A stretch of DNA of 64,000 bases, taken from contig NC_089433.1 in assembly GCF_026210795.1 (NCBI RefSeq), positions 3,038,001 to 3,102,000 on the forward strand, in the 5' to 3' direction. Shown in pieces: positions 23,515-37,600 of this stretch; position 1 is the first letter of the stretch; each line of letters opens with the position of its first letter. This stretch comes from Rhizophagus irregularis. Its lineage: Eukaryota. The notes under the pieces were generated by a model. That model had not been told where the DNA came from. It worked only from the letters and a program-made list of their open reading frames with translations, and searched no databases. The position numbers were made by a program, and so were the translations under genes.

Positions 23515-23798
23515 CCTTATAAATCGTCCTTTTACAATTACTAGGTACTGAAAAATCTAGCAAAATGTTAAATGGCGCAGTAAACGTAAATCAAGAAATA
23601 TTATAATGCTGATGTTTAACATTTTGTTGAATAACTTGTCAGCCAGTGATTGGAAAAGGATAAAACTAAAAACTAAAAACTCTCTCCCGTTCTGCTCACT
23701 TGACAATATTTACGAAAAAAATAAAAAATTTTTTCAAAGTTTTTTATTACTTTTTCTTTATATTTTCTTTATTTTAGATAACTACGACACTTTACAAA

Positions 23799-25819
23799 AT
23801 GACTACAGACAAGAAAAAGAAAAACAACAAGTCTAACAACGATACTACTTCTAAACGTCCTGCCTCTAGCTCTCCAACTGGCAACGTTTCTGGTCAAGGT
23901 TCCTCTATGTCTGGCCCTTCGAACACTCCACCTTCGACCACCTCTACTAATAAACGTACCAGAGTCAGTGCTGAAGACTCTGTCATGGATGTTGATAAAC
24001 CTCTCACGCCTCCTGGCCCTGTTGAGACAACTTCCGCTGAGAAACCTTCTCAACCCGATGCCTTTTCTCTCGATGCTTCGCAACACGCCCCTGCTAACAA
24101 CAACGATAAAGGCAAAAGCCCTGAAATTACTTCCGCAGTCTCTTTCCCTGAACGTGCTGCCTCTCCAGACGCGTCCCAAGCTGCAGTGCAATCTCAACCT
24201 ACACTTTTCTACGCCTCGGCCGCTCCTAATGACGTCGATGGCTTTTGGACTCACTTCGCTTCGAACCGCGACGCGTGCGACGCGGTTGATCGACAACTTT
24301 CCTTGTTCTCCTCTTATGGTAGTCGTGCCACGTGTAGTGGATCCAACGATTTGAAGAGGATCATCGTCCACTTCCGAAAAAGGATGATCTTGACACAGCC
24401 ACAGCTTCCCCTATGGAATCTTTGTTTGGCTTGCATTTCCATGCATATGATCCCCAGGCTATTAAGGCTGATGAACACGCGCGTACCCTGGTGGTTACCG
24501 ATATCCCCCTTTTTCTATCTGACGCTCTCTTGCGTGGTACCTTTTCTCGTTATGGCAATATTACTCGTTGCCATACCCGTTTATCTAAACTTTATCGTAC
24601 TGCATACATTACTTTTGAATCTACTGGTGCTTTGCAGAACCTCGACTCTACCTGGGGCGTCCTTTGTGGAGGACATTGTTTGCGAATTTGCCCCGCTACT
24701 TTCTCTCCTGACCAACGTGCTGAAAGACGCGCTTATGTTGCTTTACTTGCCGGTCTTCCGCGTGGTACTATAGCGGCCGATCTTGCTGAAATTGCCGATG
24801 AAATTTCCGCTAAATCTATCAATGTTCCCTTCTCTATGAATTCCTACAATCCCAAACCTTACGCCTATTGCCACTTTGCCTCTGAAACGGCTATGGAAAA
24901 TGCTAAATCTATTTCACGTGCCCTCAAGAAAGTTGGCCTTACCTGGCATTCTCCGGATGAAGTCACTTCTCTTTGTCATCGATGTGGTCGCCCTAATTGT
25001 AACCCTGATCGATGTGGTTCTTCATCTAGACCTAATCGCCCTTCTCGCCCTTGGCAATCTAATGACAAACTACGTGCTTTATATAACAAGCATCTGCCTC
25101 CTTCTCATCCTGCTAAACGACATAATCGTTTTGCCCGCCCTGATAACAATAATGATGGACAAAGCCGTACCAATGCTTCTCGCCATCGTTCTAAATCCAG
25201 ACCTAATAACCGACAACAATCTCGTTCTCGTTCTCAACGCCGACCATGGAATCGCGATAATCTCAATAATAATAATAATGATCAACGTCGTCGCATTCCT
25301 GATGAAAAGGAACTTGATTATTATATTGATGGCATGGATGTTACGTACCCTGCTCCTCCTACTGTACTTACTGATTGGAAATCTATTGGTGCTGCTCTTG
25401 AAAAAGTAGTTGAAGAATTAGCCCTTCTTACCACACAATTTGCTACCATGAACAGCCGCATCACTAATTTGGAATCTGCTATGGCTGCTCGTACTCCTAT
25501 TCCTGGACCTTTTGTCACTAAACCTCCTTCCTACATCCCTTCCTCTATGCAAGGATGGGATGATACAGTGAATCGAACTGATAATAATATCCTCGTTGAT
25601 GTTAATTCTCCCCCTTTGCAATCAACAAGTGGTTTTTCCCCGATTCCTCATTTTGCTCCCATTCCACCTTCCAACGTCGCTCCTTCCTCCCCTATTGATA
25701 TGGAACAGCGTCTCTCCTCTCTTTCCGATACTGTTGCCTCTTTGGCTGGCTCGATTAAAGAAGGAATCCAACAAAACAACCTCATCTTAGCTCGGCAACA
25801 AGGCCAAGCTAATCAATAA
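23799..25819 (+). CDS. LINE ORF1 (RRM-like + Cys/His knuckle-like + coiled coil), one frameshift in an A-run near 24380
   Basis: ORFs 23799- and 24413-25819 join by adding one A at CGAAAAAGG. RRM-like motifs TLVVTDIP...FSRYGNI...AYITF; CHRCGRPNC. Confidence 0.8.
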
Positions 25820-25868
25820 TTGTTCTCTTTTTCCCCCTTCTTTATTACCGATTTATCAGTGTGTAATA

Positions 25869-28800
25869 ATGATGGACAACAATAAACATAATTTTTCCCC
25901 TCACCCCTCTCCCCTTATTAAATTTGGTCAATTAAATGTTAATGGTTTATGTTCCCCAGTTCGACAACAACATTTGCTTAATTTTTTTCTCCACTCTTCT
26001 TTTGGTGCTTTATCTATTAATGATACGCGTCTTTCCCCTTCAAATGCTAAATTTATTTTTAAAAATGAACACTCCCAACATCACTTTAAGTCCTATTGGG
26101 CTTGTTCATCTTCTTCTTCTCGCCCTCATGATGGTGTTGGTATTTTGTTACGTAATCCTCTTCATAAACATGTTCAAACGATTGATCCTTGGAACGGTCG
26201 ACTTCTTAAATTAGACTTGTTCTTTCATCAAACTAAAATTTCTATTATTTCCATATATTATCCCCCTCTGGTTCTGTTCATCAATCTATTTGCAATGATC
26301 TTATTGCCAAACTTCTTTCTTGGCTCGATTATGCTCGAGCTAATAATTATTTTGTAGTTATTCTTGGCGACTTCAATGTTGATGCAATCGCTCATTCTAA
26401 TTATTCATCTAATCATTTTAAGCTTCTTCGCTTGCTTTCTTCTCGGTTTTTTACTGATCATCAAGCTCACTCCTCTACAAATGGTCCTGATCCCACCTTC
26501 TTTCATGATAATGGATCTTCGAGACTGGATTATATCTGGTCTTCACCTGGTTTTCCTGCTCCTGGTCTTTTTTCGCAAGTGATTACTTGCCCCAATCTCC
26601 TTGATCGTCCTTTTACAGATCACAAAGTTCTCACAACTGTTTTTGACTTCAGTTCTTGCCTGGCTATCTTGGCTAAATCTCGTCTTAAACAAAAAAAGGA
26701 AATGCGTACTATTTTCTCTTACGCTTCTACTTCAGTTGAACAATGGAATAATTTTACCACTGAAGTAGATGATTCTCTTGGAGTATATTTAGATAGACAA
26801 TATCATCCCAATTTTGATTTCTCCTCTCTTTCTCTTGATCGTATGTGGCATGCTTTGAAAGCTGCCATAATTAGTGCTGCAATTGAAACCTTACCCTTTC
26901 AAAAAGTCTCCAATACACACCGACATTCGTACTCTCCTGAATTAACTAAACTTATTGCTATTAACAAGTTTTTAGATCGATTTTTATATCGCCTTACTAC
27001 TCGTCGTTCTAATCGGCCTACTCAAATTGCGCAAATGACTGCCGCTTTGCCCTCCCATCTTGAAAATCTTGCATCCTTACTTCCTGATTACTCAGTTCCT
27101 ATCTATTCTACAACCCCTGCATCTGTATTTAAATCGTTTTTACGATTACAGAAGAATTTAGTTTCTGCCTTTTTATCTACTAAATTCGCCCAACACCTTA
27201 CGGACTCAGTGGAATATTATACTGCACTACGTGATGAACACTTTTCGAACTCGCTCAGCACCTTTATCGATTCTGCCTTATCAGTAGAAAAACGTTCAAT
27301 TGTTCTTGACCGTGTTTTAGTCGTTTTGGACTCAACTCCTACTTTATTAACGGATCCTTCGGATATTAAACATGCGGCTGTCTCTCATTTTCAATCAATT
27401 GTTTCTCCTCCGTTGGTCCACTATTCTTCCATCACTTCATTTCCCGCCCGATGGCAACAAGCTTACACTCCTCTTGCAAATGTGTCTGCTTCATTATATG
27501 ATCCTGTTTTGGCGCCTATTTCCCTACAAGAATGGTCTGCTGTGATTTCCTCCATGCCAAATAACAAAGCTTCCGGCCCTTCAAAAATTTCTTATGAGAT
27601 GATTAAACACTTGTCCGGTGAAGCCTTGGATTTTTCACTTTTACTTGCCAATACTTGCCTTTCTCGTGGTGATATTCCTGCTGACTGGCGTGAAGCTGTG
27701 GTTTATCCTATTCCTAAACCTCATGAATTTGATGCTCAACTTAAGAACACTCGACCTATTACTCTTCTGGAAACAGTTCGAAAATGTGTAGTTAAGGTCG
27801 TCACGAATCGTCTCTCCAACATTCTTGCTGATAATAAAATTCTCCAAGGTGGTAACTTTGCTGGCTTACCTGGTGGTTCTACTGATGTCCCTATCAAAAT
27901 GCTGGATGCGATTATCCATCAACATAAACATGACTCTACTGATGATCAGGAACTATGGATCGTTTCTCAAGATATCTCTAAAGCTTTTGATTCTATGGAT
28001 TTAAATATGCTTAAATTAGCTTTAGATAGGTTACATATTCCTGCACTTTTAGTGCGATTTATTTTAAATCTTTTTACACGACGCAATAATAGGATAATTA
28101 CTTGTCATGGCGATACAGCTGCTTATAGAGTACGTGTTGGTATCGATCAAGGAGAAATCATTTCCCCTCTTCTTTGGGTTATTTATTTGGATCCCTTACT
28201 CACTGTTTTGAATCAAGAAGCACGAGATCCTTTTATTTTAAAATCTTCAGCTCTTTTAAATTACTCCCCACTTGAATTTGAACAACATTCTTTACCAATT
28301 TCACATTTAACGTTTATGGATGATTCTACACTTATTGCTTCCTCAAAATCTGGAATAGAAGACCGTCTTTCTATTACTGCTGAATTTTATACTTTAAATA
28401 ATGTTCAAGCCAATTCAGCAAAATATGTTCTTCTTTCATCCTCTTCGCCTTCTTCGGAGATTACTTTTGAACTTTCACCTTCCCTTTTAATTTCCGATAT
28501 ATCTCTTTCCCTTTCTTCTTTACCTCTTAAAACTTCATTTCGTTTTTTAGGAGTTTGGTTTTCTTTGTCCGCCTCTTCTGATTTTGTTCTGAAACAAGCG
28601 CGCTCCATGGTTAAAGATATGGCTGCTCTCTTGGGACCGAAGAAATTATTAGCACAACATGTGGCCTATCTCTATAATGCTGTCCTTCTTCCGCGATTGG
28701 AATTTCGTCTTCAAACTACCCTTTTCTCTGAAAGTACTATTCAATCAATAGTGAAGCCTATGTTTTCAGTACTTCGAAGAAAAGCTGGTCTTGCTGCGAC

Positions 28801-31255
28801 TACCCCGTTGGCCTTATTATTTCTCAAACTTCCATTTTCGCTTCAGAATGCTTTTTACCGATTCCTTTCTTCCCATATCGCATCTTGGCAAAAAATTTTC
28901 ACTCATCCTGATTTTAAAGATTTTGCCCTTTATGCTATTTCCTATCTTCAAGGATATTTGGGTGCCGAAAGTTGCCCGACTACTATTAACCTAGAACCAT
29001 GGTCGCAAATTGTTTCTTTACGAACGCATACCTTGTTTAATTCGCTTTTGTTTTCTTCGCGTTTGAACATCACGTGGTCTTTCTCCTTCCGGCCTCTGAG
29101 GCGTGATCTACAGCCTGCTTTACCACTCCGTTCTATTCTACCACATTCCATTTTTCAGACAAGTTGGAAACTTTGGAAAAATCTGAATATATTTGTGCTT
29201 GCTCAATTGGTTTCGCCTTGTGGACGTTATCTTATGAATTGGCCTGACCTTCGGTACCTTGGCATCGTTGGCCGTAAAGGACGGATTCCTAATTGGTTTA
29301 CATTTATCAAAAATAATTTTCTTTCTTCTTTTTCTTCTTCTTCTTTACTTTTATCTTCATATTTTATTAATTCTTCTTTTACTTTAGCTTCTATTTGTTT
29401 ATTAGATCATACTGTTAAAGATTATCAATTTTATCCTCAATGGGCTATTAATTTTGACTCTGCTACTCAAACTTTATCTGTTGGTCGTGTGTGTATCACT
29501 TATAAGAAACAAAACTCGGCTATTATGTCTCATTGGCTTCCTGTTTCTACTGTGGCTGATGAACGATCTTATAACCCTTGTCCTGGTTGTGCTGTTAACA
29601 TTCCTGCCTTATCCAAGAAATCTGCCATTAAACAGCGCTGCAACAGCGAAAAGTGTTTTTTCAATGTTACCCTATCAGAAACTGTGGGCTACCCTACCAG
29701 AAATGCCAAAGTTTTCGCGGCTTATCTTCCCATTACTCTATCTACTTCATGGAGTTATGCGACTTCCTTGGCTCTTGTTCATTTTTCAAACGCTTCTCCC
29801 GCTCTTTCTCCTCTCTTTATGGATAGAATCGATAGAATTGAAGACACTATTTTACCACTTTCGGTGCAATCTTTGTACACAGATGGTTCGTTCCATCCTG
29901 CCAATGATTCTTCGCCTTCTTCCATGACTTCTGCTTGGATTGCTCTTGATGATGATGGACTTGTTCTGGAATCTTCTTCCATGCATCTCCCTTCTTACTT
30001 TCCTTCAGCTTTGCGTTCCGAAATTTCTGCTGTACTTTTAGGATTGAACGCCCTTTCCCGTGATTCATCAATCTCTATTCATACTGATTGTAGTCAGTTA
30101 ATTTCACTGTGGATACGGTTTGTTAATGCTCCTTTCTCACCGAAGTTGCTCCGAGAACCTAATCATCTTCTTTGGCTTTCTATTCGACAACTTATCATGG
30201 ATCGTAATCTTAATGTCGAATTGATTAAAGTCCCTGCTCATGGCGATGATATCTACAATATACAAGCGGATTCTTTGGCAAAAGATGCTCATTCGTCTTT
30301 ACAACCCACTACTCTACTTTCAACATTTTGTTATGCTCCATGCTTGTTGACTTTTAACTCCTTGCCTATTGATGTGAATATTCGACATTTTCTCCGCTCT
30401 ATTGCAGATGCTCGTGCTCTTTTATCTTTCTGTTCACTAGCACGTTTTACTGCTCTTGGTGCTCCTTCACTTTTTGATTGGGCTGGTATATATTTTTGCC
30501 TTTCACAAATTAAAGGTTTTGCTTCACATAGGAATGGTCGTCCTGAATTTTGGATCTTCCGCATTAAACTTCTTTTGGATATGTTGCCTACCTTAACTAC
30601 TCTTCAACAACGTAAACCTTACTTATATTCTCCTGACTGGCTTTGTCCGCAGTGTAATTCTGCTCCTGAAGATTTGAATCATCTTTGGACTTGCCCTTAT
30701 ATTTTACCGGAATTGAATCCTTGTTTAACGCACCGGTCTGAAGTCATTAAATTTAGAGATTCTTGTTTATCTTCTTTCCTATCCTTGAAATCTTTGGATA
30801 ATTCTTTTCGTACCAATTTCTTTGCTTTGGATTGCTGGAACTATGAAGCTCCCTCTTCATCTTGTCTTTGGCTTACTCGAGGATTATTGCCTGCGCATTT
30901 AACGGCATTTTTGAACCAATACTTTCCTCTCTCTGTTATATACAAGATTATTTCTCCCCTTCTTAATGACTTCCAAGTCGAATTATATGGTGAAATTTGG
31001 CTGTGTCGGAATGTTCTTTTCCATGCTTGGGAGGAGTCGCAGGGTATCTCGGCTGCTTCCAAATTACGTGGCCCATCTACAAATTCTTTCCCTAATACTA
31101 CTCCACAACATCACAACTCTTCTTTGGCGTCAGTTTCTCAGGATACCTGGATTTCTTGGATATCCTCTTCTATAATTCGGGGTGGATCATGGATCTCGCA
31201 CTTGGATTTTCTGCGCCGCTTAACAGTTCAACCTCTTAGGGTCTCTTTCTGGTAA
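25869..31255 (+). CDS. LINE ORF2: AP endonuclease, reverse transcriptase, RNase H, C-terminal zinc motif; one frameshift near 26268
   Basis: APE motifs NVNGL, GVGIL, LGDFN, SRLDYIW and TDH; RT motifs RPITLLE, DISKAFD, GIDQGEIISPLLW and FMDD; RNase H motifs YTDGS, HTDC and KVPAH; CPQC...NHLWTC. Confidence 0.95.
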
Positions 31256-31524
31256 CGGATTGGATCTTTGGACGTTGGATAGTTGACTCACACTGGCCTT
31301 CGGGTAAAGTTGGGGTATGCGATTCTGTAATAGTTCAGTTTTTCTTTGCTTTAATTTTATTTTAGTTTAGATTTCTTTACTTGTATGAGTCGTGAAGCTA
31401 CTCTTTTTATTTTTTATTAGTTTATTTTCTTATTTTTGTAATATTGTTCGATTATTTTTCGAAATTTAAAGTATAAATAAAAGATAAAGTCATAAGACTG
31501 TTTGCACAGGAAAAGGATAAAACT

Positions 31525-31820
31525 GGTACTAGATGGTTGATGTTACCTGTCGAAAGTCCTCCATGAAAGTAGATGCTCTCTAAAGGTCGTAAAATAAATT
31601 GAGTATCAGTATCATGCAATGGATATAGGATGAGTAGGCGGCGTGTACCTAGCTTCAGATCAGCCTAAAATGGCCCGATGGGGGATGTCTTCTATAATGG
31701 TGCTATTACCTGAGGAATTAAGTACTCGGTTTAATGGTTGCCCATTGAAGATGATAGGACACAGACCCGAGATTAGTCTCATAAGAGGCAATGAGTGGTC
31801 TGGCAGTAAACACTTGCAAA
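31525..31820 (+). mobile_element. 3' fragment of the SINE-like element (B-type tail), copy C
   Basis: Reverse complement of 22540-22833; flanked by GGAAAAGGATAAAACT at 31509-31524 and 31821-31836. Confidence 0.8.
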
Positions 31821-33968
31821 GGAAAAGGATAAAACTACCACCATTCAATTCGTCTCAGTGAGACGATTCTAACAAGCTATGATACATCTTTGTACGATTA
31901 TTAGATGTCAAGTTATTTAATATATTATTTATATAACTGTGATTATAAATGGTTCTTTTTAATATAAGATTTTTGAGGATAGGTGTGATAGTGACTATAG
32001 ATAGATTGTGACTATATAGGATAGATTTTAATAATAAAGTGTTTTGAACATTCAACTGGTGTGACTATATAGTAGAATGTGACTATAACGGGAGTGACTA
32101 TAGAGGAAGTTGACTGTATATGTTTGTACCTATACCTCTGCCTAAGAGGTTACACTCTAAAATTCATTTTTTAAAATTTTTTTATTCTCGCAAACCTTTT
32201 AGTAGTTTTCTCAGTAAGAAATTATGAGATTTTTTAATTTCAGAAATTTTTTTATTAGCGAGAAAATCGATGCTCTCAAATTGATCTGACATGTTGCACT
32301 CTTCAACAAATACAAAAATTAGTTGATGAATCAACAAAACTTATGAGCCTCTCAAAGAACATCAATACAAAAAATATAAGACCTTCTGTTGATTAAGAAT
32401 AATTTTCCGTTTTTTTATGACTGAATAATTATACAAAATATTAAGAAGAAATCCATACAACTTTTTTTTGGTTAAAGCACATTGTAATAAATATAATTAT
32501 TATAGTAAATATGTATTAACTTTATGTAGTACTACAATTTAATTATGTCATAATTGCATTGCATTATTGAATTATGATTTTTAGACTCTAAGTATTATGT
32601 ATTATTGCATTATGAAATTAATTTATATATAACAACTATTTTTCCTTGAAAAGTATCAAAGATGTTGCGAAACATATGCGATCAATGTTAATTATCTTCA
32701 ATAACAATTAAATGGCCAAGCAATTCAATCATTTACCAAGCTTGTTTAGTAAAAAATTGTGATTATAATTGGTATTATGACCATAAATTATGTGAAAAAT
32801 GCAAAATTTTTTTAGATTGATTAAAAAAAATACAACGACTCTGTTATTAAAAAAAAATAGATCGCGTTATAGTTGGTATCATAAGTTAATTACTACTAAT
32901 TGTAAACTAATAAAACAAAATGATTATAAAAAATATAATCTTATTTCTACAAAATATTGGTCTCGATTAATAAGAGTTTAAATTCAAGCCAACATTTGTG
33001 TAGTAGCAGCGTTATAAAAAAAAACATTTTTCAAATTAAGGATAGAATCAACATTAACTTGATGTATTAGTTCATCTTCAAACATTACGGTATTTATCAT
33101 AAAAATTAAACTTAAACGATAATACAAAAAATAGTAATAAAAGAAAATAGAAATTTGAGTTTCTTTAATATTGTGTTCAAACTGCTAAATAAATAAAAAA
33201 AATTTTTTTTTTAATTTTACCTTATGTTAAAACAAAAAAAACTTAATATAAAACCCGTTTAACCTATTTAACATAGTCAACAACACATCTAACTTGTGGT
33301 AGGTCATTTTATAAGTTGTATGAATAGTTATAGTAAAAAGTTTTACTTATTTTTAAGCTTGTTTTTCTATTCTATTTCTTTCTTTTTTGTTATTTTTTTC
33401 TGAACAAAATCTTGTTCTAATTTCTTTTTTTTCTTCTGTAGTTTCTTATTTACAAAGATGTTTTTGAAGATAAACATTAAAAGAAACTAAAATTGGCTTC
33501 TTTAATTACTTATCGTTATCTATAGTAGAGGATTGTTTAAATAATTTTTAATTAGAATGGCAAAGCCTTAGCACGTGATATTACGGATGAAACAAAATCT
33601 GCCGATATGATAGAGCTTTATAGTTAATAGTTAATAGTAAAGCAATGGCATTTTAAAAAATTTACTTGCAAGTTGCAAATGCAATAGTATCTATACAAAT
33701 TTTGATGACAGTAAACTATAAAGTATACTAATTGCAATTATAGATTTAGTGGAAGTTTAGTATTTGTCGAATTTGTTAAATGCAACTTTACAAATGAGAA
33801 CGAGAATGAATTGTTGGCATTGTTTTTTAATATAGTATACAAAATTATTTTAGATAATTATTCATTGCGATAAGAACCATTTCAGAAATATAGATGTCTA
33901 TTTTATTAATAAATAATTTGATTACATTACGATTCAAAAAAAATAAATAGATATTTAAACATTATAAA

Positions 33969-34212
33969 TAAGGTTGCTTGTCTAAACCTCTTCAAAATCC
34001 TACGATTAGTTTCGTCAAAATTTTACTATAGATTTATTATAGTTTCGGCAGAGTTTTGGCAGTTTTGGCATTTATAATAAGTTTCGGCAGTTTCGCCTTT
34101 CTCCAAAGTTTCGCCAGTTTTTTAATATAACTTTAATATAGTTTTGGCAGAATTTCGCTTTTTGGTGAAATGCCATCTTGCCTAAACCCCTAGGTTTCGG
34201 CAAGCAACCTTA
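33969..34212. mobile_element. hAT-type MITE (family 1, copy 3)
   Basis: Same TIRs and body as 8527-8769; 8-bp TSD ATTATAAA. Confidence 0.92.
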
Positions 34213-34615
34213 ATTATAAACAATTATTTTTAAACATCTGAGATGAAGCGATCAATATAATTTGAATATAATAAATCCGGATGAACCGGATATAATTGAA
34301 TTTACATCTGAATCGGGAGAATTCAGATTTAAATCCAAGAAGGTCAGATTTAAACCCTAGTAAAAATATGTTTTTTAGATTCGTTAAGTGACATGATTAA
34401 AAGGATAAAAACTGATCGGTATTTATTTATATAAATAAAGTATGTGGTTACAATTTAAAATTATATGCCCGCTAATAGCAATTAACTTTATGACTACAAT
34501 AATTGCAAAAATAAGAAAAGTCATTAAATTATATTTTATATATTATCATATTTATTATATTAAATATGTTTATTACAATGCTTTTAATAAATATCAATTA
34601 ATTTTATCGTTATAA

Positions 34616-37600
34616 GGCCGATCCAATTTGATCATATGTTTAACATAACCCCCCTATCTAATAGCCGAATTTGAGAAGAAAATCAACAGTATATAAAATT
34701 CTATTTTTAGGTATATTTGTACTATTAATTTTCCATTTTTAGAATTTAAACATTCGGAATTTTAACATTTACACGTATTAAAATTAAAAATCGCGCGTAC
34801 TGCACAGTGATGTTGAGTAAACTTTTTCTTATATTTTAAAACATGCGTTTAATTGTCACAGTCAAAGAAGGTGTTGAAGATATTGTTAAACCAAATCTTA
34901 TAAAAGTTGATGATTATTATTTTGAGAGCCTTTTTCATAAAATTACACTAGATGCATATAGACAAAAAAATTTTGAAATATATTGCCGGGTGGATGAAAA
35001 ATCTTCATGGGTTTATATTGAAAACTCAGATGATCTTATAACAGAAATGATTCAAGGATTTAAATTTACGGAATTAAGGTTTAAAATTTGTTTATTAGCA
35101 GATCATTCAGTTGCACCTAGAAGAAATGCGTTAGACCTTATAATGCAAAATGCATTACAACTAAAATTACCAAATCAAAAGCAACCCCAAGTTACACGAA
35201 ATGATCTTCTATATAATGAAATAATCATTCTTTTTGAAAATAAAAAAGTTGGTTGGACTGGTGGATTACATTTATCAGTAGGTGTAAAATGTATTGAAAG
35301 ACTAGCAAAAATTTTGTGGTATATTGATCCACATCTTAAGAAATTTGCCAAACGTGCGTGCTATTTGCCAAATTTATTTACAGAATTGTTAACGTATGAA
35401 CAAAATCAAAGTTATAATCAATATTATTCTGTTACACATCATAAACATGAAGAAGTTTCACATGAAAAATTGGATAAGCTAATAAAGTCTTTTGAACTTA
35501 GCCTTACACAACCTTGGACACAAGATACTCTTTGGGCTTTATTAATAGAAGATTTGTATAAGCTAATAGAAATGGTTAAAAAATATATGGTTTATCTTGA
35601 ACAAGTCAATAATTCAATGAATAAATTACATAAATCATTAGAACCAGCACGGAATGGGATAGAAAATATTATGGTTAAAATTATTGAAGCTTGTAACCAA
35701 TCAGATTCTATCTATGATGACTTAAATTTTGCGATTTCAAATTTGGAGGATTATAAATATATTAATATTGAAAGATATCTTCCAGAACCAGGAATGAAAA
35801 GGCATCGGTTTATAAAGAATTTAGAATTGATATTCCCAATAGGTTTTTATCAATATCATGCTGGTAATTATCTTGGAACTACAACTTTTATATGGAAAAT
35901 ACCAATTGAAGTTAATGATCGTACAGAAACACAAAATGCACAAACATTATTATCTATACAAGACCTTATACCTCATTATTTTACACGTCAAATGCGAAAA
36001 AATATGCTTGAAAGGGTAAGTTTAGCCAACAACTCAATCAATATGTCCATCATTTTCATCATTTTTTAATGTAAACATTTTATTTTTAGTATTCGTTAGT
36101 TGCTAAAGTTACTCCAGTTTTATTGCGTAATCTATATCATGATTTAACTGGAGATGCAACAATAGCACCAAATAATATCACAAAAGAATTAGATGAAAGA
36201 CTCCGATGGATGTTAACACTACAGGATCCTAATATTACAGTGGACTTAAGAATTAATAATGGATTCAAAGGAACATCATTTGATATTTTTTGGGAAGAAG
36301 TTGATTCTTACTTTAATGAGGTAATTCAGATTAAATTACAACTTTATTACACACACACTAATGGCATATTTCTATTAATGTTTAATTTATGTAGAATACA
36401 CCTGCTGTAGATGATAGGCGTCATGGTTCTACTCTTTATATGCCAATAGTTCTGTCAATTAGAGATTTGCGAGAATCAATAATATCCCGATTGTAAACCA
36501 GGCTTGGAAATCCTCTTCCTTCAGAAATCAACATTCCTAGTGATGAATGGATTCGTGTTCAATTCACTCCAAAAAATACTCTAGCACATTCAGCAATTAA
36601 TTATACTGGAAGATTTAATATCAGATATAAAGTTCAAGCACGTCTGTTAAGAAAAGATCATCCAGACAGTCATTATTGTGCTGGATATTTTCGTTATTTA
36701 CGTGAATTTGCTATTAAGTATCGAAAGTTCACAGTGTTTATTTGTGCTGATGACAAGCACAAAGTAGCAATTGGTGAAGAAGTTGCTACCTCAACTGGAG
36801 TTCGTAATAGGAAATCATTGATACCTGATAACACAATTTTGGCAGCAAGTGATCATGACTTTACAAAATTATCCTTGACACCTTCAGTAATACTTTTATG
36901 TAAGATACCTGCCTCCATTTCAGAATCATTTTACCATGGAAAAGTCTATACTTCATACAAAAACACAGTTTTTGAACCTAGTTCTGGAATTCGCCATTCC
37001 ACAGAATTCTTTTCTACACTTTCTGATCACTATCTTAATTCTACTGAAATTCCACCTATTATATGTCTTTATACTGATGGAGGGCCTGACCATCGAACAA
37101 CCTATGGATCTGTTCAAGTGTCTCTTCTGTGTTTGTTTATTCGTGGTAATTTTGATATGTTAATAGCAATGAGAACAGCCCCAGCACAAAGTTGGACAAA
37201 TCCAGCTGAAAGAATAATGTCAATTTTAAATCTTGGTTTACAAGGCGTGGCTCTCCTTAGAGATCAGATGAGTAGCGAAATGGAAGATTTGTTTTCTAGA
37301 AAAAATACACTAGAAGAAATTCGTTTAGTTGCTAAAAACAATTCACAATTAGAAAGTGAACTTAGAAATTCAATTAAATCTATTCAGCAGCTTCTAAATA
37401 GGCGAACAGAAAGATTGGTATTAGATAACGAAAATTTTATATGTAAAAGTCCTGCGGATGATGAAGAAATTGCACGATTTTTTGAGGTAATTTCAGAATT
37501 AAATAATTTTTTTGTTAAACTCAAATAGCTTATTATAATCTTTTATTGTAGTCAATTATTTCAATTGATTCAACTTTGCGTTGTGATGAGACTACACAAT

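Larger units (their letters stand above)
23668..31508 (+). mobile_element. Full-length LINE (APE-RT-RNase H)
   Basis: ORF1 + ORF2 with a 16-bp TSD GGAAAAGGATAAAACT at 23652-23667 and 31509-31524. Confidence 0.93.
8386..32116. mobile_element. Tc1/mariner-pogo-type MITE ends bracketing the SINE/Gypsy/LINE nest
   Basis: TA|CAGTCAACTCTCTTTATAGTCAC at 8384-8408 and GTGACTATAGAGGAAGTTGACTG|TA at 32094-32118 are inverted repeats with TA flanks. Subterminal GTGACTATA repeats at 31990-32100. Confidence 0.55.

Noticed and set aside
32144..32304. Possible small MITE (AAGAGGTTACAC...GTTGCACTCTT)
   Set aside because: The inverted repeat is too weak and there is no convincing TSD or second copy.
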